Source: Malacoraja senta
Lineage: Eukaryota
DNA: 60,000 bases
Assembly: GCA_038087875.1 (NCBI GenBank)
Contig: CM075998.1
Location: 5,582,001 to 5,642,000 of the forward strand
Direction of reading: 5' to 3'
Both the position numbers and the translations under genes were made by a program. A model generated the notes under the pieces. That model made no database searches. It had not been told where the DNA came from and was given only the letters and a program-made list of their open reading frames with translations. Positions 24,157 through 36,648 of this stretch are shown piece by piece (positions within the stretch are counted from its first letter, which is position 1; each line of letters opens with the position of its first letter).

Positions 24157-24634
24157 CGGCAGCATCTATAGAGCGAAGGAAATAGGCAACGTTTCGGCCC
24201 GAAACCCTTCCGGGTTTCGGCCCGAAACGTTGCCTATTTCCTTCAGGGTTTCGGCCCGAAAGGTTGCCAATTTCCTTCGCTCCACAGATGCTGCCTGACC
24301 CGCTGAGTTACTCCAGCACTCTGTGTCTATCATTGGTGTAAACCAGTAACTGCAGTTCCTTTTCTATTACATTTAATGCATTAAACAAGACAACGTCACC
24401 AAATAGACATGAGGGGTGAGAAAGTGGGCCAATATTCCAGCATTTCTCCCACTTCACAACTCGTGCACAGACCCTGGAGTCTGAGGTCTGCAGCGTTCAC
24501 ACTTCCACTACTTTGCCTCGAAACGAACCAAATCTGGGCTCACGAGGAAAATACTTATCCCAACTATGTAACGTTTAAATTTCCCACGTCAGCGGTGCTT
24601 CTGGTAGCGATGAAAATTGGAAATGGCCTGTAAT

Positions 24635-24939
24635 AGTTCGTTAGAGATACAGAGCGGAAGCAGGCCCTTCCGCCCACCCAGTCCGAACCGACCAGCGATC
24701 CCTGTACATTAACACCATATTACACACACTAAGGATGTATACCAAGCCAATTAACCTACAAACCTCCACGTATGTCTTGGACTGTGGGAGGAAACGGAAG
24801 ATGTCAGAGAAAACCCACGCTGTCACGTGGAGAACGTACAAACTCCGTACAGACAGCTCCGTAGTCTGGATCGGACCCGGGTCTCTGGCGCTGCAAGCGC
24901 TGTAAGGCCACAACTCTACCGCTGCGCCACCGTGCTGCC
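24635..24939 (-). mobile_element. HE1-type V-SINE, full length
   Basis: tRNA head, V-domain, tail. Confidence 0.9.
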
Positions 24940-25184
24940 CAAGTTGAGATGGTACTCCTCGACTTTGCTATTGAACTAGGTTTAATGGATTTGACCCATC
25001 ATCGAAACATCCAATTTCTGTCACCATTCATTGCATATCAGTTCTGAATCCGAATTAATCTTAAATGCCAGAGTTATGGCCACCAGGAATTTGAAGGAGC
25101 TGCATTTAATTGCCTCCACCGGCAGTGCTGAGAGACTTCTATTGCACCGGCTATTTGCACCATTGAATTGCTGCTACAATTACC

Positions 25185-25295
25185 CTCCAAAAACGTGCTG
25201 TTCCATAGTCGGGCTCTTACTTTCACGATGGTTGTATCCAGGGTTTTCAGGGGACACTGGAAGACAATGCAGTTGGCAGTCCCCTGTTCACAGTC
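25185..25295 (-). CDS. ITGA7: Integrin alpha-7 calf-2 exon
   Basis: cacag|GAC; DCEQGTANCIVFQCPLKTLDTTIVKVRARLWNSTFLE (compare alpha7 DCARGTANCVVFSCPL...RLWNSTFLE); GT donor lies 1 nt out of phase. Confidence 0.88.
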
Positions 25296-25406
25296 CTGTG
25301 GGTGGAGGTTTGACACAAATCAGAAACAAAAGCACTTTACATACAGCCAGACACTCCATAACATGCACAGGATCTTGATCCTTCAGGCAAATGGTGCTGA
25401 GGAATG

Positions 25407-25714
25407 TTTAGTTTCGTTTAGTTTTGAGATATAGCGCGTAAACAGACCCTTTGGCCCACCGAGTCCGCGCCGACCAGCAATCCCCGCACACTAACACTAC
25501 CTTACACACACTGGGGACAATTTACAATTATACCAAGTCAATTAACCTACAAATGTGAACGTCTTTGGAGTGTGGGAGGAAACTGGAGCACCCGGAGAAA
25601 ACCCACGCAGGTCACGGGGAGAACATACAAGCTTTGTACAGACAGCACCTGCGGTCAGGATCGAACCCGGGTCTCTGGCACTGCAAGGCCGCAACTCTAC
25701 CGCTGCACGACCGT
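25407..25714 (-). mobile_element. HE1-type V-SINE, full length
   Basis: tRNA head, V-domain, tail. Confidence 0.9.
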
Positions 25715-25723
25715 GGCTCTGGA

Positions 25724-26348
25724 AGTGTTGTAGAGCAGAGAGATCTGGGAGTGCAGGTACATAGTTCCTTGAAAGTGACTTCACAAGTATACAGGGTGGT
25801 CAAGAAGGCCTACGGCACTGGACTTCATCAGTATAGAAATTGGGAAGCCATGCTGCAATTGTACAAGACATTGGTGAGGCCACATTTGGAGGATTGTGCT
25901 CAGTTTTGGCCACCCTGTTATCGGAAAGCTGTTAAGCAGGAAAGGGAGCAGAGAAGATTTACGAGGATGTTGCCAGGACTCGAGGTCCTGAGCTATAGGG
26001 AGGGTTGGGCAGGCGAGGACTGCTGCATTTTGGGACGTCGAACAAGGGGCAGGACCTACACAGTAAATGGTTGGCCTCTGGGTAGTGTTGTAGAGCAGAG
26101 GGATCTAGGAGTACAGGTGCATGGTTCCTTGAAGGCCGAGTCGCAGGTAGATAAGGTGGTCAAAAAGGCTTTTGGCACTTTGGCCTTCATCAGTCAGAGT
26201 ATTGAGTATAGAAGTTGGTAGGTCATGTTGCAGTTGTATAAGACGTTGGTGAGACCGCATTTAGAATATTGTGTTCAGTTCTGGGCACCATGTTATAGGA
26301 AAGATATTGTCAAGCTTGAAAGGGTTCAGAAAAGATTCACGAGGATGT
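25724..26348 (+). mobile_element. Two tandem CR1/HER1 fragments running into the assembly gap
   Basis: QRDLGVQVH...[17 protein letters not shown]...KRFTRM region present twice. Confidence 0.85.
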
Positions 26349-26548
26349 NNNNNNNNNNNNNNNNNNNNNNNNNNNNNNNNNNNNNNNNNNNNNNNNNNNN
26401 NNNNNNNNNNNNNNNNNNNNNNNNNNNNNNNNNNNNNNNNNNNNNNNNNNNNNNNNNNNNNNNNNNNNNNNNNNNNNNNNNNNNNNNNNNNNNNNNNNNN
26501 NNNNNNNNNNNNNNNNNNNNNNNNNNNNNNNNNNNNNNNNNNNNNNNN
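26349..26548. other. Assembly gap (200 N)
   Basis: Run of exactly 200 N; flanks do not continue each other (CR1 on the left, Helitron-like sequence on the right). Confidence 0.99.
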
Positions 26549-26836
26549 ATGGAGCTGTGAAGGGCAGACAGTCCCGCGGAGTGACAGGAGGAGAAAAGAC
26601 CAATCAACGCGGCGCTGAACGGCAGGAGTGGAGATCGATCTGCGCATGTGCGGTTTTAAAGATTTTTAAACCTCGCTAACTTTTACATTAGACCACCGAT
26701 CGGAACAAAACTTGGTGCAATCGCAGCACAGGAGAACGGTGAGTAAGCTGGCGAAAAATCGTGTACCGTTTTTCCGCAAATAGAATGACCGCGCAAACCG
26801 GAAGATAACAAGATCAGAGCTTTAGTTATGTATAGA
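26549..26836 (-). mobile_element. Helitron 5' terminal fragment abutting the gap
   Basis: Minus strand begins A|TCTATACATAACTAAAGCTCTGATCTTG, similar to the 5' end at 45524. Confidence 0.6.
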
Positions 26837-26841
26837 TTAGT

Positions 26842-27146
26842 GGGTGGCACAGTGGTGCAGCTGGCAGAGCTGCTGCCTCACATTGTCAGAGACCCGGGTT
26901 CCATCGTGACTTGAGTGCTGTCTGTGTGTGGAGTTTGCACGTTCTCCCTGTGACCGCGTGCGTTTCTTCCGGGTGCTCCAGTTTCCTCCCACATCCTGAA
27001 GACATGCCGGGTTTGTAGGTTAATTGGCCTCTACGAATTGCCCCTAGTGTGCGATGCTAACATGGAGTAACAGAACTAGTGTGGATAGGTGATCGATGGT
27101 CGGCGTGGACTTGGTGGGCCGAAGGGTCTGTATCTCCAAACTAAAC
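26842..27146 (+). mobile_element. HE1-type V-SINE, full length
   Basis: tRNA head, V-domain, tail. Confidence 0.9.
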
Positions 27147-27283
27147 AAAAGAATGATCCCGATTACGAAAGGTCAAGGGGCGTGGAGACGGACAAGTGGC
27201 CAGGACTCAGTGGATGCATGCCAGAGTTTTAAAGGAAGTGGTAGACAAGACAGACGAGCCATTGGTTGACATTTCTCATCAAG

Positions 27284-27870
27284 AGGAATTGAATATAGGA
27301 GCAAAGAGGTCCTTCTGCAGTTGTACAGAGCCCTGGTGAGACCACACCTAGAGTATTGTGTGCAGTTTTGGTCCCCTAATTTGAGGAAGGACATTCTTGC
27401 TATTGAGGGAGCCCAGCGTAGGTTTACAAGGTTAATTCCCGGGATGGTGGGATTGTCATATGCTGAGAGAATGGAGCAGCTGGGCTTGTACACTCTGGAG
27501 TTTAGAAGGATGAGAGGGAATCTCATTGAAACATATAAGACTGTTAAGGGCTTGGACACGCTAGAGGCAGGAAACATGTTCCCGATGTTGGGGGAGTCCA
27601 GAACCAGGGGCCACAGTTTAAGAATAAGGAGTAAGCCATTAGAACGGAGACGAGGAAACACTTTTTCTCACAGGAGTGGTGAGTCTGTGGAATTCTCTGC
27701 CTCACAGGGCGGTGGAGGCAGGTTCTCTGGATGCTTTCAAGAGAGAGCTAGATAGGGCTCTTAAAGACAGCGGAGTCAGGGGATATGGGGAGAAGGCTGG
27801 AACGGGGTACTGATTGGGGATGATCAGCAGGCTCGAAGGGTCGAATGGCCTACTCCTGCACCTATTGTAT
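27284..27870 (+). mobile_element. CR1/HER1 LINE 3' fragment
   Basis: [28 protein letters not shown]...RTRGHSL. Confidence 0.9.
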
Positions 27871-28239
27871 ATCAATTACTACATGCCTGAATGCTACCAG
27901 AAGATTAGCAAATTGACAATTGTTCAATTGAAGAAAGGAGGAAGAAGGGCAGTTGGTTTTACAGCCATTAGTGGCAAGATGCTAGTCAACCCTAGTCAAT
28001 GTGGTTTAGGAAGGTACATTATGTTTGACAAAGTTGCTCGAATTCTGTGAAGATGTAACATGGAGAATTGATAGAGGGGAACCTGTGAATGTGGAGGATT
28101 TTGATTTACTAGTCCAGATTTACTAAACCAAATTCAGGAACAGTTTTGTCCCGGCTGTTATCAGGCAACTAAACCATCCTATCACCAATGAGAAAGTGGT
28201 CCTGACCTACCATCTACCTCATTGGACACCCTCAGACTA

Positions 28240-29212
28240 TATATATTAATGATTTGGACGAGGGAATTGAATGCAACATCTCCAAGTTTGCGGATGACAC
28301 GAAGCTGGGGGGCAGTGTTAGCTGTGAGGAGGATGCTAGGAGGCTGCAAGATGACTTGGATAGGCTGGGTGAGTGGGCAAATGCATGGCAAATGCAGTAT
28401 AATGTGGATAAATGTGAGGTTATCCACTTTGGTGGCAAAAACAGGAAAGTAGACTATTATCTGAATGGTGGCCGATTAGGAAATGGGGAGATGCAGCGAG
28501 ACCTGGGTGTCATGGTACACCAATCATTGAAAGTAGGCATGCAGGTGCAGCAGGCAGTGAAGAAAGCAAATGGTATGTTAGCATTCATAGCAAAAGGATT
28601 TGAGTATAGGGAGCAGGGAGGTTCTACTGCAGGTGTACAGGGTCTTGGTGAGACCACACCTGGAGTATTGTGTACAGTTTTGGTCTCCTAATCTGAGGAA
28701 AGGCATTCTTGCCATAGAGGGAGTACAGAGAATTGTTCACCAGACTGATTCCTGGGATGGCAGGACTTTCATATGAAGAAAGACTGGATAGACTCAGCTT
28801 GTACTCGCTAGAATTTAGAAGATTGAGGGGGACCTTTTAGAAACGTACAAAATTCTTAAAGGGTTGTACAGGCTAGATGCAGGAAGATTGTTCCCGATGT
28901 TGGGGAAGTCCGGAACAAGGGGTCACAGTTTAAGGATAAGGGGGAAGTCTTTTAGGACCTAGATGAGAAAAACATTTTTCACAGAAAGTGGTGAATCTGT
29001 GGAATTCTCTGCCACAGAAGATAGTTGAGGCCAGTTCATTGGCTATATTTAAGAGGGAGTTAGATGTGGCCCTTGTGGCTAAAGGGATCACGGGGTATGG
29101 AGAGAAGGCAGGTACAGGATACTGAGTTGGATGATCAGCCATGATCATATTGAATGGCGGTGCAGGCTCGAAGGGCCGAATGGTCTACTCCTGCACCTAT
29201 TTTCTATGTTTC
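28240..29212 (+). mobile_element. CR1/HER1 LINE 3' fragment including RT catalytic motif
   Basis: INDLDEGIECNISKFADDTKLGG...WQMQYNVDKC; frameshifted; inserted into a Rex1-type tail. Confidence 0.92.
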
Positions 29213-29875
29213 TATCTTTAATCGGACTTTATCTTGCACTGAATCTTCTTCCCTTTATCCTGTATCTGTACACTGTGGACAGCTTGATTATAATCATGCA
29301 TAGTCGTTCCACTGACTGGATAGCACGCAACAAAAAAAGCTTTTCACTGTACCTCGGCACACGTGACAATAAACGAAACGATTTTGACAAGATGCCAAAT
29401 AAGAGGCTAGTTCTAAAATCAAAAGCCCATGGAGGAAGCATGTTAGAATGATTCGATTATTTTAGAGATCAGCATGGAAATAGGCCCTTGGGCCTACTGA
29501 GTATGCTGACCATCGATCTTCCATGTTGTCCCACTTTTGTATCCAACAGACTAGGAGCAATTTACAGAAGCCAATTAGTTTGAAGAAGGGTCTCGACCCG
29601 ATACATCACCCATTCCTTCTCTCCAGAGATGCTGCCTGTCCCGCTGAGTTACTCCAGCTTTTTGTGTCCACCAGCGAATTACAGAGCCGGGTGCTCTGGT
29701 TTCCTCCCAGATTCCAATGATTGCAGGTTTGTAGTTTAAATGGCTTCTGTAAATTGTGTCTAGGGTGTAGGATAGGACTAGTATGTACGGATGATCGCTG
29801 GTTGGCGCAGACTCGGTGGGCCTGTTGCAATGCTGTATTTCTAAAAACAAAAGAATTGCAGGAAGGAAAAACAAC

Positions 29876-29985
29876 TGTGTAGGAAAGAGCTGGTTTAAAT
29901 CGAAGTGCTGGAGTAACTCAGCAGGACAGGCAGCATCTCTGAAGAGAGGGAATGGGTGACGTTTCGGGTCAAGACCCTTCTTCAG
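29876..29985 (-). mobile_element. Penelope-derived arm with intact hammerhead-like core
   Basis: Minus strand CTGAAGAAGGGTCTTGACCCGAAACGTCACC at 29955-29985. Confidence 0.6.
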
Positions 29986-30394
29986 AAGGAAAAGTAACTG
30001 ATGTATAGAACGAGCTGGTAAATGTGGACATCCACCACAAATGCCGCTCAGGAAGAATTATCATCTGCATTGATTGGTCTGGCAAGGAAAGTGCTAGCGT
30101 GAGAGCGCAAAGGTATAGGGGCAACCACGACTTACTGGCAACTGCCATCATTCCACTGATACATTGCAGCAATGAGAAGCAACAAAGCCCGTTATTTGAC
30201 AAACAATTGCAGGAAAACACTACATGGCAGCACATGATGCTAAATGCTTGGCCAAGGATGGGGCTTGTAAGGTACCAATTAAACTGTAATCATTTTCTTT
30301 GCAATAGGGTCGCATTCCACTGCGTGTTTCTGTCACTAATATTCAGATTATGCGTTTACTTTAAAACAAACTGCTGCGGGTGAAGGGGAAACTT

Positions 30395-30658
30395 CAGGTG
30401 AAGGGGAAAAGATTGAATAGGAATCTGAGCGGCAACCTTTTCACACAGAGGGTGGTGGGTGTCTGGAACAAGCTGCCAGAGGAGGTAGTTGAGGCTGGGA
30501 CTATCCCATTGTTTAAGAAACAGTTAGACAGGTACATGGATAGGACAGGTTTGGAGGGATGTGGACCAAACGCGGGCAGGTGGGACTAATGTAGCTGGGA
30601 CGTGTTGGCCAGTGTGGGCAAGTTGGGCCGAAGGGCCTGTTTTCACACTATGACTCTA
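30395..30658 (+). mobile_element. CR1/HER1 LINE 3' end
   Basis: LFTQRVVGVWNKLPEEVVEAG peptide and tail. Confidence 0.85.
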
Positions 30659-30716
30659 ACATCCTGAGACAGCACAAATTATTTTAGCAGAGAAATCTGA
30701 AATAGGCCGGCAGGTA

Positions 30717-30722
30717 TTTATT
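30717..30722 (-). promoter_or_regulatory. Candidate BLOC1S1 polyadenylation signal
   Basis: AATAAA on the minus strand about 300 nt after the BLOC1S1 stop codon. Confidence 0.5.
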
Positions 30723-31017
30723 GAAGATTTGTAACATGGACATATTATGTTTTCTGGACTATTACATTCCAGGAAAGCAGATGCATGGAGTCCTGCTGAT
30801 GTGCATTCATTTTTACATTATTGTAGCAGACAACCAGCACAGTGGGAGGGATATATTATAGTTCTCGTCTTCATTTGAATGAGGAAGGGCATTCCAGGCT
30901 TATTGCATTCAACCTGTCGGAAACCTCCATTTGCAGAGCTTGTGTTTACAGTGGCAGCTTTATCTTCCGAAGGTGATTTGGTTTCTTCCTCACAAAATGG
31001 CTGCATTTAAATTCGCA

Positions 31018-31125
31018 TCACGTTGCAGGTTGTAGCTGCCCTTTATACACGTACTCGAGGGCAGTGGCGATTGTCCTCATGTCCATCTCAATGCTTCTTG
31101 CCCAGTTCTCCACATCACCAATTTC
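31018..31125 (-). CDS. BLOC1S1: BLOC-1 subunit 1 (GCN5L1), last coding exon
   Basis: ctcag|GAA; EIGDVENWARSIEMDMRTIATALEYVYKGQLQPAT*. Confidence 0.95.
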   Translation of the reverse strand, partial: EIGDVENWARSIEMDMRTIATALEYVYKGQLQPAT

Positions 31126-31208
31126 CTGAGGAGAAAACAAAGTTTCCAGTAGGATGAATGTCTGTGCGCTGTCCACGGCAGCTTGTTAACCTACCATCCT
31201 TTATCCTT

Positions 31209-31933
31209 AGAGTCACAGAGTGATACAGCGTGGAAACAGGCCCTTCGGCCCAACTTGCCCACACCAGCCAACACAAGTCCCATCTACACTTGTCCCACCT
31301 GCTTGCGTTTGGTCCACATCCCTCCAAACCTGTCCTATCCATGGCCTCATTTGGCCTGACTTTTTGGTTGAACTGGGGCTGGGGACTGGACATTGTGCCT
31401 TCCCCCACAGTGGAAATCACTGTGGGGGGATGATTTTTGTATGTAATTGTTTGTAATTGTATTTGTTAGTCTGTGTTCAAGATGGCGGTCGGAGGGGAGA
31501 GTGGACGCTGGCGCGGTTTCATTGCCGCTGCTCTCTCCTCAAATTGTGCTTCTGATTTTATTTTTTGTGTTTTTGGAAGGAATTCTGTCCCTGATTTGTG
31601 TATTGGTCTTTATAACTTATTTTTTTAATTCTGATTATATGTTTCCTATAAATCTCTGTAAGGTGTCCTTGAGGCGCCCGTAAGTAAAATTCATTATTAT
31701 TATTATTACCTGTCTAACTGTTTCTTAAACGTTGGGATAGTCCCAGCCTCAACTACCTCCTCTGGCAGCTTGTTCCATACACCCACCTCCCTTTGTGTGA
31801 AAATGTTACTCCTCAGATACCTATTAAATCTTTTCCCCTTCACCTTAAACCTATGTCCTCTGGTCCTCGATTCCCCTACTCTGAGCAAGAGAATCTGTGC
31901 GTCTACCCGATCTATTCCTCTCATGATTTTATA
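31209..31933 (-). mobile_element. CR1/HER1 3' fragment split by a plus-strand insertion (about 31343-31705) ending in (ATT)n
   Basis: CCTATCCATG|...|TACCTGTCTAAC junction restores the CR1 sequence; MRGIDRVDAQ...RTRGHRFKVKG. Confidence 0.8.
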
Positions 31934-32153
31934 GACACAAGGATATATAGATGCTGGTGTCTTGAGGAAAAAGTCACAATGTGCTGGAACTCAACTGGTC
32001 AGGCACCATCTCAGAGGACCATGGATAGGCAGCTTTTCACTGAAGACCCTTTATCCTTACTGGGCCAAATATAGTCTTAACCCACCCCCCTCTATCTCCT
32101 CCTCCACTGTTCCCGTCCCTCCAGCTTTACATTTCACTACTCTTCTCTCCTTA

Positions 32154-33934
32154 CAGTGCCCTCCATAATGTTTGGGACAAAGACCCATCATTTATTTATT
32201 TGCCTCTGTACTCCACAATTTGAGATATGTAATAGAAAAAAATCACTTTGGTTAAAGTGCACATTATCAGATTTTATTGAAGGCCATTTTTATACATTTT
32301 GGGTTCACCATGTAGAAATTACAACTGTGTTTATACATGGTCCCCCATTTCAGGGCACCATAATGTTTGGGACACATGGCTTCACAGGCATTTGTAATTA
32401 CTCAGGTATGTTTAATTGCCTCCTTAATGCAGGTATAAGAGAGCTCTCAGCACCTAGTCTTTCTTCCAATCTTTCCATCACCCTTTGGAAACTTTTATGG
32501 CTGTTTATCAACATGAGGACCAAAGTTGTGCCAATGAAAGTCAAAGAAGCCATTATGACACTGAGAAACAAGAATAAAACTGTTAAGAGACATCAGCCAA
32601 ACATTAGGCTTACCAAAATCAACTGTTTGGAACATCATTAAGAAGAAAGAGAGCACTGGTGAGCTTACTAATCACAAAGGGAGTGGCAAGCCATGGAAGA
32701 TGCAAGCCACTGGTTAGCCGCAAAAATAGGATGGCCTGGTTACAGTTTGCCAAGAAGTACTTAAAAAGAGCAACTACAGTTCTGGAAAAAGGTCTTGTGG
32801 ACAGATGAGACGAAGATTAACTTACATCACAGTGATGGCAAGAGCAAAGTATAGAGGAGAGAAGGAACTGCCCAAGATCCAAAGCATACCACTTCATCTG
32901 TGAAACATGGTAGTGTGGGTGTTATGGCCTGGGCATGTATGGCTGCTGAAGGTACTGGCTCACTTATCTTCATTGATGATACAACTGCTGATGGTCGTAG
33001 CAGAATGAATTCTGAAGTGCATAGACACATCCTATCTGCTCAAGTTCAAACAAATGCCTCAAAACTCATTGGCCGGTGGTTCATTCTACAGCAAGACAAT
33101 GATCCCAAACATACTGCTAAAGCAACAAAGGAGTTTTTCAAAGCTAAAAAATGGTCAATTCTTGAGTGGCCAAGTCAATCACCCAATCTGAACCCAATTG
33201 AGCATGCCTTTTATATGTTGAAGAGAAAACTGAATGGGGACTAGCCCCCAAAACAAGCATAAGCTAAAGATGGCTGCAATACAGGCCTGGCAGAGCATCA
33301 CCAGAGAAGACACCCAGCAACTGGTGATGTCCATGAATCGTAGACTTCAAGCAGTCATTGCATGCAAAGGCCACAGTTTAAGAATAAGGGGTAAGCCATT
33401 TAGAACGGAGACGAGAAAACACTTTTTCTCACAGAGTGTTGTGAGTGTGTGGAATTCTCTGCTTCAGAGGGCGGTGGAGGCAGGTTCTCTGGATGCTTTC
33501 AAGAGAGAGCTGGATAGGGCTCTTAAAGATAGCGGAGTCAGGGGATATGGGGAAAAGGCAGGAACGGTGTACTGATTGGGGATGATCAGCCATGATCACA
33601 TTGAATGGCGGTGCTTGCTTGAAGGGCCGAATGGCCTACTCCTGCACCTATTGTCTATTGATATGCAACAAAATACTAAACATGACTACTTTCATTTACA
33701 TGACATTGCTGTGTCCCAAACATTATGGTGCCATGAAATGGGTGGACTATGTATAAACACGGCTGTAATTTCTACATGATGAAACCAAAATGTATAAAAA
33801 TGGCCTTTATTAAAATCTGACAATGTGCACTTTAACCACATGTGATTTTTTTCTATTACAAATCTGAAATTGCGGAGTACAGAGGCAAATAAATAAATGA
33901 CAGGTCTTTGTCCCAAACATTATGGAGGGCACTG
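32154..33934 (+). mobile_element. Tc1-family DNA transposon with both ends; defective DD34E transposase
   Basis: TA|CAGTGCCCTCC...GGAGGGCACTG|TA; long TIRs with internal direct repeat CATAATGTTTGGGACA; VLWTDETK, QQDNDPKH-34-NPIE; frameshifts, deletion, CR1 insertion. Confidence 0.93.
33371..33660 (+). mobile_element. CR1/HER1 3' end nested in the Tc1 transposase
   Basis: Splits GCATGCAAAGG|ATATGCAACAAAATAC (ACKGYATKY in the 37346 copy). Confidence 0.9.
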
Positions 33935-34148
33935 TATCTGAAGCCCTTTTGTCTCCTTTTCACCTCCAGCCTTTGTCACTTACTCCACCCATTTGCCAAT
34001 ACCCCCCCCCCCCCCACCCAACTGTATCCACCTATCACTTGCCATGGTTTGTCCTGCCTTCACCTCTCTTTTGCAGCTTTTCCTCCCCACCACAGTCAGT
34101 TTGAAGGGTCCCGACCCAAAAAGCAATCCACCCATTCCCTCCACAGAT

Positions 34149-34690
34149 GCATCACAGCACGGTTTGGGAACAGCTCCATCGAAGACAGCAAGAAATTGCA
34201 GAGAATTTTGGACGCAGCCCAGACCATCGCACAAACCAACCTCCCTTCCACTGACTCCATCTACACCTCACGCTGCCTCGGCAAGGCCAGCAGCATCATC
34301 AAGGACCAGTCTCACCCCAGTCACTCCCTCGTCTCCCCTCTCCCATCGGGCAAGAGGTACAGAAGTGTGAAAACAAACGCACGCACACCTCCAGATTCAG
34401 GGACAGTTTCTTCCCAGCTGTTATCAGGCAACTGAATCATCCTATCAACACCCAGAGAGCAGTCCTGAACTACTATCTACCTCATTGAAGACCCTCGGAC
34501 TAACTTTGATCGGACATTACTGGCTTTATCTTGCACTAAACGTTATTCACGATATTCCCTTCATCAGGTGTCTGTACACAGTGGATGACTCAATTGTAAT
34601 CATCTATTGTCTTCACTGACTGGATAGCATGCAACAAAGGCTTTTTCACTGTACCTCGGTACACGTGACAATAAACTCAATGCAAACTCC
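34149..34690 (+). mobile_element. Rex1/Babar LINE 3' fragment
   Basis: CITARFGNSS...KKLQRI...HPSHSL..PLPSGKRYRS and CACGTGACAATAAAC tail; inserted in a Penelope-derived arm. Confidence 0.8.
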
Positions 34691-36371
34691 GATGCTGCCT
34701 AACCCGCTGAGTTTCTCCAGCACTTTGTTTATTGCTCAAGATTCCAGCACCTGCAGTTCCTTGTGTCTACAGTCATATCTTGATAGGATTTATAATCAGC
34801 TGCCATCTACTGTCCTGCTATAAATACATTTTCATGTCGGCAGTTTTTGCCTCCCGTCCAGTCTTGCCAACCTTCCAAATAGAAAGCTTTGTCAATTGCA
34901 TTATGCTGTGTTTCTCCCCCCAAGGTTATGCAATTGAAAATTGATTTCTTCCAGATTCAAGCATCGTATTGATCATTTCTGGGTTGTTTTCACATCACTC
35001 ATCAGATTTCAAAGTGCACTTCGTGTCACGAGACAAACTTGTGACCTCCCTGCATCAGGGATGTCATTGCTCCTTTTGCAGGAGCTTGCTCTATGCTGTC
35101 TGAGGTAGCTCACGGATGGGCACTTGCAGGACAACATGGTCTGCTTCCGGCAGCCCCAAACTGGGAGGCCAGCAGGGAAGTGAGGTACTGCGCCAACCCC
35201 ATTAAACACACGCCACCCACCGCCTTCAATATCCACCCACAGATCTACGACATCACTCCAGCCTCTGCTCCCTCACCCACACTGTGAAGTCACCATTCTT
35301 GCTTTCTCCCTCACTCACACCCACCCCCTCTCAAGCACTGACCCGTCCCCTATACCGATACCCGATCCCTCTACCCGATCGCTTCCTTCTCGCTCCCTGC
35401 CATCACAGATGTAACGTGCCTATCCCAGTCCACCGGCCACTGCCTGCACTGACACGATGGCCCCCTCAGTGCCTCAGAAGAGAGCCATTAAGTGTCTGAT
35501 CCAAGAGTCTCTCTCCAACCAGGGCTCAAGAGACGAGGACCTGGCACCATTCTCAATGTGAGAATATACAACTCCCGTATTATTGTGATTGATAAGTCAA
35601 CCGTCCTAACTAGCCTACTCTTAGATGCGGAACCGCTCTCTGCTTCAATCATTTACCAACTTGAAAGTAAATTGCAAGACTGCAAAATGCTTTCTCCTTT
35701 TCTAGAACCCAAATAATTTTGCATCTCCAACCCCCACTGCCTCACGTTTGTGACCACTCCAAATGAGGGGAGGGATCAGGGAGTTCTCCGGGTACCCAGC
35801 CCAAGGACCGGTGGAACATGGTGGGAGCTGGAGACTTTGGGGGGGGGATGGACCGGGATAATGCCTCCAGCGCCTTTAGGTCGTCTGCAGGAGGTGCCCC
35901 CCGGGACACAAATATACGGCCGGGCGAGGAGAGAGGGATGTCGGTTCACAGGAACTACCCCAGTACATCGAGCGCCGGACTTTGGACTTTGAATAACGAC
36001 GCCATTAATGGGGGCGCCTGCATGTGCGATATATCACACATGCAACGCGAATCTCACTGTGCAGTTGCATGTGTGACAAATAAAGAACCTTTGAACCACC
36101 ATTGTGTAGTTTCTAACTCCATCAACACAATAGCCCATCCTGGCTCTAGCTTCCCGACTCCAGCTTTAACTAAGGTCGGATACTGGGAGACAGGGCAGGT
36201 GGGATAGCTGGCCAAATAGTCCCCGGGAGGCAGGCCAGCTTTTCAAAGCTTTTAAAAAAGGCTAAGTGCCTGCATTTTCGCAAGTTTCTATTTTTGCCGA
36301 GAGACGATGCAATGGTGAATCAATCGAAACCTCAGCAAGACCACAGTTGAACTGAACAATAACAGGAAATT

Positions 36372-36648
36372 GTTAAAGAAGGAACTGCAGATGCTGGAAA
36401 ATCGAAGGTACACAAAAATGCTGGAGAAACTCAGCGGGTGCCGCAGCATCTATGGAGCGAAGGAAATAGGCAACGTTTCGGGACGAAACCCTTCCGGGTT
36501 TCGGCCCGAAACGTTGCCTATTTCCTTCCAGGTTTCGGCCCGAAACGTTGCCTATTTCCTTCTGGGTTTCGTCCCGAAACGTTGCCTATTTCCTTCGCTC
36601 CATAGATGCTGCTGCACCCGCTGAGTTTCTCCAGCATTTTTGTGTACC
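36372..36648. mobile_element. Palindromic Penelope-derived element with internal repeats and 11-bp target-site duplication
   Basis: AACAGGAAATT at 36361-36371 and 36649-36659; three copies of GGTTTCGGCCCGAAACGTTGCCTATTTCCTTC. Confidence 0.75.

Noticed and set aside
14517..25295. Assignment to ITGA6
   Set aside because: Tails resemble alpha6, but GTANCxVFxCPL, VKSSIxNL, TVPQYHAV, YHRAHL and proximity to BLOC1S1 favour ITGA7.
25565..26221. 218-aa ORF as a novel gene
   Set aside because: Read-through of an antisense SINE into duplicated CR1 fragments.
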